DNA of 64,000 nucleotides from Ministeria vibrans ATCC 50519 (taxonomy: Eukaryota; Protista; Filasterea), in assembly GCA_943704425.1 (NCBI GenBank), contig CALSCP010000364.1:1-64000 (forward strand), written 5' to 3'. The notes under the pieces are model-generated. The model ran no database searches and was not told where the DNA came from. It saw only the letters and a program-made list of their open reading frames with translations. Below are positions 40,934 to 51,741 of the stretch, piece after piece (the first letter of the stretch is position 1; each line of letters begins with the position of its first letter). The position numbers and the translations under genes are program-made.

Positions 40934-41698
40934 ATGGCTGACGAAGACTCAAAGGTTGGAGCCTTCTGGTTGTTTCACGTGCTGCACTCTTTTATATTTT
41001 TCAGGGTCGCACTTTCGCGCCAAGAGTGAAAATGGTCGTGAAACACGTCGAGCAGGACTAACGGAGGGTGTTTCTTGCGTGTAGGAGGGAGTGAAGAAGG
41101 AGGGAGCTAGCGAACACATCAATGTCAAGGTGGTGACAGCGGTACGTGGCGTCAGAGCGGCTGAGTTGGTGTGTTTCGCGAACCCTTTCTCGCGTCGTCT
41201 TCCTCTCGTTTTGCCTCCTCCTCCCACAACGCGGGGGCCGCTGCGGTTTGTGTGGTTAAAACGAAGGGAAGGGGGCTGGGGTGTTTAACAGTTGCGGCGG
41301 GCAAGCTGGACATGAAACTATATAATATTATCACGATTGTGCTCATCGTCTACTATACTGTGTCACAGTGTATGTGTATGTGTGTTGAAACTTTTTTTTT
41401 ATTATTTGGTCCAGGACAAACTTGAGGTGCAATTCCGCATTAAGATGTCGACGCCGTTGAAGCGGTTGAAGGAGGCGTTTTGCAAGCGAAATGGCATTGA
41501 GCCTAATAGCGTGCGTCTGATTACGGGCGAAGGAACTCGCATTGATGATGGTAATTGGTTTGCCTTGCTTCCTTGTGTCTCTGAACCTTTTCTTATGATG
41601 GTTTAGATGATACGGCGACGACCTTGAATTTGGAAGAAGGAGATGTGATTGATGCCACTATCCAACAAACTGGGGGTGGGAATGAAAGAGAGGTGTAA
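40934..41698 (+). CDS. SUMO: Small ubiquitin-like modifier, 4 exons
   Basis: MADEDSK|EGVKKEGASEHINVKV|..VQFRIKMSTPLKRLKEAFC..GTRIDD|DDTATTLNLEEGDVID..QQTGG plus a short pro-tail. Confidence 0.9.
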
Positions 41699-42032
41699 GC
41701 CGCTGTAAGAAGATGAGATAACTTGAGATAGAGAATGGTAGACTGTGTGAGGAGTGGCGCCAGTGAGTGACGCATTAATAGGGTCAGAGGGACAGACAAA
41801 ATGTGTGAATAAGAAAAATAAATTGCCGATATTGCCGAGGGGGTTTGTAGGCCAGATAGCCGATCGGCATCCATATTTGCAGCTTGAGCCATACTAATAA
41901 GTACTGTCACTCTGCATACATTTTTGGAATTTTAATTCTACTCGTGTCTCAATTCTCAATCATATAACATTACTAGTTCAATTAATTTATTCAATTCATT
42001 TTTTTTTCTTTTGCTCTCTGCGACTTCTTCTC

Positions 42033-42409
42033 ATGATCCGCTCTTTTTTAAGTCGCCCACAGGCGACAGTGGTGGCGCGAAACGCGTCGCGATCGCTGTG
42101 GGCGTGTGCGCGCACGTATTCGACGACCACGAACGATGCAAACGACGAGAATGACGCCAGCGACGAACAGGCAGACGAACAGAAGACCAAGATGAAGGCG
42201 GCGTTTGCCGCTGCGTCTGACGGCACCCGCCCCGTCTACCTTGACCAGCAGTCGACTACGCCACTGGTACGATGCCCTTGAAGCGTCTTGAAGAGCAGAA
42301 AAAACAGACTTTTTTTTTTTCACGTTTCACATATTCTGTGGAGTGCACAAATTTTATAATGAGTCATCCTTGTGGCGTACTTGGTGTCAGAATGCACACA
42401 CACACACAC

Positions 42410-42440
<31 letters not shown>

Positions 42441-43921
42441 TACATACATACACAACCTGTGGCTGGCTACACACGAGAAATGACATTGACCTTTTGCTGA
42501 TGTTCTTGCGTTGTGTGTGTGTGTTTAGGATCCACGCGTCCTCGACAAAATGATGCCGTACTTTACGGAGAAATTTGGCAACCCACACTCGCGCACGCAT
42601 CCGTACGGCTGGGAGGCCGAAGCGGGCATGGAAGAGGCGCGCGCAGAGATTGCCAAGCTGATCGGAGCGGACGCCAAAGAGGTGGTGTTCACCTCGGGTG
42701 CGACGGAGAGCAACAACATTGCGGTGAAGGGTATCATGCGATTCCACCGATCCAACGGCAAGAAGCATGTGATCACCCTTCAGACGGAACACAAGTGCGT
42801 GCTCGACTCGTGCAGAGCGTTAGAGAACGAAGGCTTCGACGTGACGTACCTACCGGTCGAGCCCAATGGGATTGTGTCGATGGCGACTCTCGAGGCGGCC
42901 ATACGCCCCGACACCGGCCTCATCTCGGTCATGTCGGTGAACAACGAGATTGGCGTCATTCAACCCATTACCGAAATTGGCGCGCTCTGTCGTTCGCGCA
43001 AAATCTTTTTCCACACAGACGCAGCGCAGGCAGTCGGCAAGATCCCACTCGACGTCAACGCCATGAAAATCGACCTTATGTAAGAATAATAATAATAATA
43101 ATTATTATTATTAATTTATAATAATATTAATAATGATTATTGTTATTGTTGTGTTTGAAGGAGCATCTCGGGTCACAAGTTGTACGGCCCCAAGGGTATT
43201 GGTGCGCTTTACGTGCGACGCAAGCCGCGCGTGCGTCTGGAGCCACTCTTCTCGGGCGGTGGCCAGGAGCGCAACGTGCGCAGTGGCACAGTGCCCACTC
43301 CTTTGGCCGTCGGCCTTGGCGAGGCCTGTCGCATTGCCGGCTTGGACATGAAGGTATTCTTCCCAATTATGAAAGAAACAAGAAAAATTAATATTCTACT
43401 AATAATAATATTATTATTATTATTTTAGAGTGATACTGAGCGCATTACACGTCTGGCCAAGCGGCTTTACGATGGGATCTGCGCCAAGTGTGACATGGTG
43501 ATTCTCAACGGAGACCCGGAGAAGCGCTACCCCGGCTGCCTCAACCTGTCGTTTGCGTACATTGAGGGCGAAGCAATGCTCATGGCGCTCAAGGGCGTCG
43601 CCCTGTCGTCTGGCTCTGCCTGCACCTCCGCCTCCCTCGAGCCCTCTTATGTTCTTCGTGCCGTTGGGGCCGATGAGGATCTTGCTCACTCGTCCATCCG
43701 CTTTGGCATTGGCCGCTTCACCACCGAAGAGGAAATTGACTTTACCATCGACCTGTGTGTCTCTAAAATCGAAAAGTATCAACGACAATATTGTATATTT
43801 TGTTTGTGTTTTCTTCTGTTAATTCTTTTTTTTTTTCTGTAGACTCCGTGATATGTCGCCTCTGTGGGATATGGTCAAGGAGGGTATTGACCTCAAGACG
43901 ATCAATTGGTCTCAGCATTGA
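42033..43921 (+). CDS. NFS1: Mitochondrial cysteine desulfurase
   Basis: [54 protein letters not shown] (PLP Lys), [17 protein letters not shown]; ends INWSQH. Confidence 0.97.
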
Positions 43922-44394
43922 ATGTATTAGAAAAATTAAACAGACACCTTTCCAAACAGTTTCTTACGGTTGAATCGGAAATTATATTATTATAATAATT
44001 AAAATAATAATAAAGAAAATAAATAGAGAGTCGAGAGCTGTATTCAATGTCAAAAAACTATAATTTATTATACTACTGTCTAAGCAAATTGAAATCAATG
44101 GAATTGGCATTGCTCTGTCTCTGTTCGTATGCGGTGCCTGTGATGGAAGTCACCCCGTGAGGTTGGCATGAAATTGCCGACGTAGTCAGTCATTGACAGT
44201 GTAGGAACGGCGAGATCAGTCTGATGTGACGGATGACTCTTTCATTTTTAAGGGTCGGAGAAAAAAGAGAAAACCCTCAAAATAAGGGATAATCAACTTG
44301 ACTCAAACAGACTGACTCACTGACTGTCCGGCCACTATTTTATTTGGCTGTTGTGCTGCCAAATTTGAACATTAGCATTAGGTAGTGGTGCGCG

Positions 44395-46443
44395 ATGTCC
44401 ACATGTAAGAATAACGCAGTTCGGCGCGAGAAATACGCTCTCGTCGTGGGACGAACAATTTACAACGCAACGCAAGACGCACTCGACACGCTCAGAGGGG
44501 TCGCGGCGACGGTGCGAAACGTTGCGGTCGACCTGCACCGCAACGGATTCATGGTCGTCGTGGTCGCAGACACGCGCGTGGCGTTGGCACAGGGCGCCTT
44601 CGCCAATGCGACCGTCGAGCAACAATACGTCGATGACAGCAGGCAAGCCAAGCGGGCCGGCAGCCTGCGGTGGATTTGTGGCGATGCTACACGAGCTAAT
44701 GTCCGTGCTGCGTTAGCCGCGCTGGCCGCCATGGTGCCTGGGCACGTTGCAGCAACCGCAGACGAACTGGTCATTTACATTGCGGCTCACGGTGTCGAGA
44801 ACGACTCTGACCGCTCGTACGGCGCCGCATTGGGCGAGTGCCGGTGCGTGCAGCAGACGACGGACGCGCACGGCGAGGTGACGGGGGTCTACGAGGGCGC
44901 GTACACGATGGAGCAGCTGCACGACGATTTGGGCGTCGACCAAGAAGATCAACGGTGGCGCAACACGCTCGTGGTGCTCGACACATGCCATTCGGGCGCT
45001 GCCTTTGACATGACACAGCCACAGGTTGTGTGCGCACGCAGTCGTGGCGTCGGAGAGACACCCACCTTCCAAACAGCGTACCTGTCGGAGTCGTTTCATT
45101 GTCTTGCTGCCGCGCCGAGTCGATTTCCCGCGTTTAACGAAGACTCTGGGACGCTGCTGTACACGGCTTTGCGGCGCGCATGGCTGTCGCCTGGTGGTGA
45201 CGGCGGCGCATTTGGGCGCACGGGCGGCGAGGGGGTGGCGGAATGGGCTACGATCGGGTGTGTGGCGGACCGCGTCAACGCCGAGCTGACGGCAATTCTG
45301 GCAGCGGGCGCGAGCGATTTCTTGTTGCACCGACAGACTTGCGAACTCAGACGACTGCCATGGTGCACCAGCACGAATGTGGGAGAGTTTGTGGTGTTCA
45401 ACAAGAACTACACGGAGCGGAACAAGCTGGCAATGGTCCCGTCGCCACCAATGTGCTTTGCGGGACGCAAAGGTGAGCTGGCGGAGCTGCACAAGCGACT
45501 GATGAGTGATGGCCAGGCGATGATCGGCAACAACGTCGCTGTGCGTGCGGCAGGCGGGGTGGGGAAGAGTGCGATGGCGGCGGTGTACGCGACGGAGCAC
45601 GTGCACGAGTACACTTGGTTGTTGTGGGTGCGAGGCACGAATGCAGAGACGATGGTGGCGTCGTTTCGAGAGGCAGCGGCATACATTCCACTGCGTGGAG
45701 TGACAAGGACGAGTAAAGATGAGAAGGTGGTGGCGGCGATGCGAGAGTGGCTGTCGCACGAGAAGGGATGGTTGATGGTGGTGGACGGATGGGATGTGGT
45801 GACGAAGGAGATGGTGGCGCTGATGCCTTCGGGACAGACTTGCGGGAAGATGATTGTGACGACACGACTGCAGAGTGTGCGTGACTTTGGTGCGCTGTTT
45901 GGAGGCGGGGGCGGGGATGTGGCACTGTCGTTGGATGTGCTAGAGGAGGAGGATGCGGTGGGATATCTGCTGGAGCGACTACCAGAGAGGAAGGAGAAGG
46001 AGAGTGAGGGGTTGAGGAAGGTTGCTGTGGAGTTGGGGAGAATGCCGCTTGCGCTTGAGCTTGCGAGTGGGTATCTGGCGGAGATGGTGGGAGTGAGTGC
46101 GAGTGGGTATCTGAAGAGGCTGGGCGGCGACCGATTGACAGCGTTGCAGGAGCGAACGGGAGATGGTCAGGTGGTAGATCGAGTCTTGGCGACGTATTGG
46201 CCAAGCATTGAACGAGCGATGGAGATTGGAGGAGAGGAGATGGTGAAGAAGATTGTGGGGGTGATGGGGATGGTGGAAGGGAGTGGGATTGATGTGGGTC
46301 TGCTGCGCGTGTTGGTAGTGGGGAAGAAGAGAGAAGAAGAGGAGGGAGCAGAGGAGGATGAGTTTGATGTGGCGCTTTTGTTTCTGTGTCGACTGTCTGT
46401 TTTGAAGAGGGGAGGGACACGCGTGAGTGTGCACGAGCTGGTG
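44395..46443 (+). CDS. Caspase-like (C14) + NB-ARC STAND ATPase (NLR-like); intronless; truncated by N gap at 46444
   Basis: Catalytic dyad YIAAHG and VVLDTCHSG; FAGRKGEL; Walker A GGVGKS; Walker B WLMVVDGWD; MIVTTR; LGRMPLALELA; MHD-like VHELV. Confidence 0.88.
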
Positions 46444-46508
46444 NNNNNNNNNGCTCGAGCGCGGCTTCAAGCGCGAGGTCGACGATTTCTTTCTTTCTCT
46501 GTTCGTAC

Positions 46509-48253
46509 CCCAGTGACGACATTCTGTGGTTCGTTTGCGCCTCCAAGTGCCGAGTGCGATACCACAATGAGCAGCAGAATGACTCCCATCCACAGTGACA
46601 GGTTCTGTGCCTCCGCATTGTCCTAAACCCCTTCTGGTCAGTGGCTGCATTACGGTACAAGTGTATGCAGACGCATATTCGTACCAGTTTACCCGGACAG
46701 TGAAGGTTGCCAAAGGGCGCACTGAGAATGCCGCTCCAGACAAGATACGTCGCATACCTGAGAGACACATAAAAAAGAGACACAAAAAGGAAATGGAGGG
46801 CGAGAGAAAAGATGGACGAGAAAGAAGCAAGGGATAGTGTGTGTGTGTCATATCGAGATAAATCACTACGTGAGTCGGATTGAATCTTACGCAGCAACAA
46901 TGGATGACTGCAGAAGACCACTGTGCGGGTTGCGCTCTTGGATCGACGGACTGCCACACCAAAAGAATAAAAGTCAGAGACCTGTCTCTCTCTCAATCAC
47001 ATTCTTCCTCTCTCCCTACTTTCACTCTTGTCTTTTTTTCTTACTGTACGGAGAGAAATGAAACGATCAGCGCTATAATCATATTGAACGTCACAAAGAA
47101 AGTGTGTGCTTTGCACTCTGAAACAAAAGCGAAGATCAACCCGAATGTCACCTCATCGCGTTTCACTTACCCTTGCTTGTGGGAATGTAGAGCGTGATGG
47201 TGAGACCCATGGCAACCGAGTAGAAGAAAAGCATGGCGGTGATGAGACCACAGAACCAACGGCGTTCCTGGGTGTCTAAGGCGGCGGGGAAGAAAAAAGG
47301 AACAGCTCAGAGAGAGATAGAGAGAGGAGAAAGAAACAAAGTGATAGAGAAGAAAGAAGAAACAAAGAGATAGAGGAGAAAGAAATAAAGTGATAGAGGA
47401 GAAAGAAGAAACAAAGAGATAGAGGAGAAAGAAATAAAGTGATAGAGGAGAAAGAAATAAAGTGATAGAGGAGAAAGAGGAGAAAGAAACAAAGTGATAG
47501 AAGAGAGAGAGGTGACAAGGCTGAACTGGATACCTTCGGCCTTGGCGACCCAGTCTTCGTTCCACGAATGTGCAAGGTCGACGAGCAAGAGCATTTCCGC
47601 AAGCATAAACACAATGGCACCAATGAGGGCGGGAATGTAAAAGTTGGCAATGGAGCGACCGTCGATGAAGAAGCACGCAATTATAATACCAATCTACGAA
47701 AGAGAAGTCAATTATCTGTCGCGGATGCTTCGCTCGCTCATCCCGCACCCACAGAAGAGCTTTCAGTAGCCAGCAGCCGTTGTGAATGACGGCTCGCTTG
47801 TCGCGCGTACTCGTCACGCCAATCATCGCAATGGCCAGGATCGCATGGTAGATTGCCATCCCCGCCATCACCTTGTACACTGCAACCGTTCCGAAGCACG
47901 CAGCATCCGACGTTGGACAGTCGAATCCCACGCCGCTCGCCGCATGCGTCAGCGACTGTCGTATTTTCCTGCAGCGACGCAAAGTGCGGAGTGGGTGAGC
48001 GGCCGAGTTCATCTCCGCCCTTGCTTACTCCGTGTTGAGCACCCAGCCGGTGATGAGAGTCAACACAAACATGAGCCCGTAGATGGCGCGCGTGGCATAC
48101 GACTGGCGGCACCGAAAGCATCTCGCAAAGCAGCAGCTGCGAAAGGGGAGTGGAATGGGAATTTACCAAAGCGATGCAATTGTCTTACCACGCCGATCCC
48201 GCACAGCAAGCCGCTTCACCAATGCAGCACAAAGATGACGCGATAAGACCCAT
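46509..48253 (-). CDS. SERINC: SERINC/TMS membrane protein, 5' exons
   Basis: MGLIASSLCC...; ACFGTVAVYKV; RAVIHNGCWLLK; LLVDLAHSWNEDW; SGLLQSSIVAA; YATYLVWSGILSAP; last exon ends at a phase-0 GTACGA donor at 46508. Confidence 0.9.
47330..47510. repeat. Intronic minisatellite, unit of about 20-25 nt (AAAGTGATAGAGGAGAAAGAAAT-like)
   Basis: Several imperfect tandem copies in a SERINC intron. Confidence 0.8.
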
Positions 48254-48703
48254 TCTACTATGCCGAGAGACCAGAGGGGGCAAACGAATAAAATTTGAAT
48301 TATGTTAAATTTTTTAACATTTGAATGTTAAATTTTTTAACAAGTTGAAGAAGAAGACATTTCCAATTAAGTCACACGACAAAAAAAACGTTTGGATTTG
48401 AGTTTACTTTCTAGAAAAAAGTTTGGTCTTGAGCTTGACTCTCAAGATTGTGTCAAGAGTCAAGACTCAAGAAGATGGATATAATACAATTATTTTGGAG
48501 ATAATATATTTCAAGACTAGTTACTATACGTGTGAGTCACAGAGAAAAAAATAATTGAACTAATTCATTAGTTTACCCCTCTTCTACAAATTAGAAAACA
48601 CCTCCTTTCAATTTTTCTTGTACAAAAAGAGTATCGAAATCCTTTAAAAATTACAGACAGTTGGAGGTAGAAGAACATGTGGCGCCGGAATGCGTGAAGG
48701 TAT

Positions 48704-51422
48704 CTAGAGCTTGGCCTTGGCGGCAGCCTTTGCAGCAGCTTTCGCAGCTTTCGCGGCGGCCTTGTCGGCGGCCATTTTGGCCTCAACCTTGGCAATCTGG
48801 TCCCCCTTGACCTCGTGCATGAGCGAGTCGAGTTCGTCAAAGGCCGACGTGACGGCACTCCAGAACTTGTCTGGGTTGGCGCGAGTCGAGTCCTTCCATG
48901 TGCCAACGTACACAAGCGATACGTCGGGCAGCAGCGAGTAGGTCACAGCATAGCCGTCCTTGGCCATGGGCGCAAACACGCCGTACGATCGCGTAAAGCC
49001 AACCTATCATCAAAACAAACAAGAGAAGAAAAAAAGAGAAAGAAGAAGAATGAGTCATGTCTGCTCGTTGTTGATACAAAAGGTAAATAGGCACTTACGG
49101 GTGCGGCAAACATTTGCATATCATTGCCACCGCCAGACTTGGCAAAGCGAAGGTAATCTAAAAGACAAGACACAAAAAGAGGATCAGAGCGAGAAAAACA
49201 ATGAAAAAAATAATATTATTATGGTTAGTTGACGGAAACAAAAGCTTACCGTCATGAGCAAAAAGCTCGGGAACGGACTGGCCAGTCTCGGCCTGGCGCT
49301 CCTCGGCCATGAGCTGGAGGCCCATGAGATGGCGGTCAATACCATGACCGAAGATGGCGGCGTCGTTGTACTCCTGATGCACACGCGACGCCTCCATGTA
49401 CGCCTGTGCCTTGGCGGCGGCTGTCGCTGTCGGGTCGACCATTGTCTTGGTGAAATGCACGCTCTCGGGATTGACGGCGCGCACCAAGTCAGTGCGGCCG
49501 CGGTAGAAGCAGCGGTGGGTGGCGGTCTTGAGGGTCAGCACCGGCTTGTTGTACAGTCGGTAGAGAGCGAGCTGCAGTGCCAGCTGCAGGTGAACGTCCG
49601 GGTTGACGCCAAATGCCTTGGCCTTGTCGCGTCCAAAGCGATGATGCTCATTCATGTTGGTCGACACGCGCGCCAGATCCTTGTACTTGGCCTTGGCCAA
49701 CTCAATGTGCGAGCGCACCATGTCGCTCTCAGGCAGGTCCAGCTGGCGCACACGTTGTCGTGCCAGCGCCACGCCCTCGGGCTGTGAAAACTCGCGCGCC
49801 ACCTCAGCCTCAATGGATGACAGCTCAGGAATGAGCTTTTGGGGTAGTTTAGCGGCGGCAATGGCCATGACGGCATCCCAGACTGCGCGGAGGTAAGGCA
49901 CGCCCTCGGCAACGGTGTGGTCGGCGGCAAGGGCAGTCTGGCCGTCCTTGAAAACGGAAATCATGAACACCTTGTCAAACCACGTCGAGGTGGGGTCGCA
50001 ATGAATGCTCTTTTCGGTGAGTTGATGAAAATCCTTGGGGGTTGTGTCGTCGAATGTAAGGCACGCAATGCTAGTTTCAATGTCCTTGAGAGCCGCCTCG
50101 GCGCCCAGATCGTCAATCATATGTTCGCGCACTGTCGCCCAAGTTGTGCGATCAAGAGAGGTGAGCGCCGCGTGTCCCGCGCCGACCCCGTCGAGCTTGG
50201 AGAGCTGCAGGACGGTGGAAAACGCGCGCGCGAGCTGCTGCTGCGAGTGAACCACGTTGTTCTCGTCGACGACATCGACGCGGTACGCACGGCCCTTGAC
50301 CAGCACCACAATGTGGCGCTGGTCCTCGTAGTGATCAATGCGGTCAAGCTCTTGACCCGGCACGCGGTACGACGACCAGCAACGCAGGTACTGACGCATG
50401 CACATGGGTGCACGCGAGCCGTCGGGCTGACGCTGTGTGTCTTGGGGAACCTCGCCGCGCTGGACGGCACCGCGGAAATTGAGCATGCCGTGCAACAGCA
50501 GTGCGGCGTACGGCACCTGCATGCCCTCGGCGCTCGGCAAGATAGGGCGCAGGTCGAGCGGACAGGAGATGTTGACGTTGACTGAGGTTGGCTTGCGGTC
50601 ACGCAAGTAGGCAAATTCCTCCCAGGCCTCGGCCATCCAGTTGCGCGAGACTGTGGCGCGATGCTCGAGACGGCGCTGCAGATCCCAGCCGGGACCCGAC
50701 TTGGCACTCACATCGCCCAGAAAGTCCTTGACGAGCGCCTCGCGCTTGGCGTAGTCCTCGCTCGAGAGCAGCGGCTGCAACGAGCGAAGGTAGCGCGTGG
50801 TACTGACAAGCAGGTCGGGCACTGGCAGACGCGGCAGATGGCTCTCATACTTCTCGGGAACAACTGCGTCGGCGGGCTGCGGGAAGGGCGACACGGCCGG
50901 CTCGACGTCGTGCTGGGCGAGGGGCGTCAGCGACTTGGTGGAGCTGGTCACTGTGCGGGCCATTCGACGGCTGAATCCGGTCTACAAACATAGACACCCC
51001 TCGTCAGTCGCCTTGCCAACAGTCGCTTGCATTAACACCAAATGCACGAGGGACAATGCGGCGCAATCAAAGGAATACAAACTCAGTTGAAAGTCATCCA
51101 GAAAAAATTTTTTTTTTCTTCTGAAGGATGAAATGTATTTTGGTGAACCGTCGATTATTGCGAAAGAACGCGACGGATACGTATAGATTAGATGTATAAC
51201 ACACCCATGGAAGTAAAATGGGAAGAAACAGAGGTCGCACAATGACGAAAATCCCAATCATGTGTTGAGGGAGCGGGGTCCACGGGATTACAGATTCTGG
51301 CGCTCCACGACTTGTGGAGAGCCCAACGGCGGTGCAAGACACCTCGGAACAGGGTTGGCATGGCTGTTTGCGCGCGACACTGGCTGATTTCCCGCTGCGT
51401 ATGGCTGGGGTTGATGTTGCAT

Positions 51423-51458
<36 letters not shown>

Positions 51459-51535
51459 GATTGTTGGATTTTTTTTTGTAGTATCAAAATCGCATAATTA
51501 GGTTCACTTACGAGTCCTTGGGCACGGGTAAGCAT
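48704..51535 (-). CDS. Carnitine/choline O-acyltransferase family, CROT-like; short upstream exon 51535-51512
   Basis: LPRLPVPDL, RNWMAEAWEEFAYL, TWFDK, catalytic ADH, GRTD, GIDRHLMGL, KSGGGN..VGF..PM..GY; ends -AKL. Confidence 0.9.
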
Positions 51536-51741
51536 GAAGGGCAAGAAACGCGGTCAGAAAGATTCGCCGGTGAAAAAAAAAAGTAAAATTTAATTTATTT
51601 AAAAAAAAATCAATTTTCAACCAAAATGTTAAGCATCCTAAAAGTTAAAACCTAAAAGCTGACTCACAGACTTTGAACTTTCCATCGCCCTTCCATATAA
51701 CATCAATGTCGCGATACAATAATACCAATATAATACATTGT

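Noticed and set aside
44090-44240. Possible ncRNA upstream of caspase-NB-ARC
   Set aside because: Only short 4-6 bp hairpins and no recognisable RNA family motif.
46453-46626. ORF-track extension of caspase-NB-ARC to 743 aa
   Set aside because: It reads through an N gap into a helicase-derived 34-mer and antisense SERINC sequence, so it is not the real C-terminus.
45398-46996. Long antisense ORFs (532 aa here; others opposite RPA1, the helicase and the acyltransferase)
   Set aside because: Shadow ORFs of GC-rich coding strands with no recognisable motifs.
47330-47510. Repeat array as a possible CRISPR
   Set aside because: Tandem low-complexity units without unique spacers, inside a eukaryotic intron; no cas genes.
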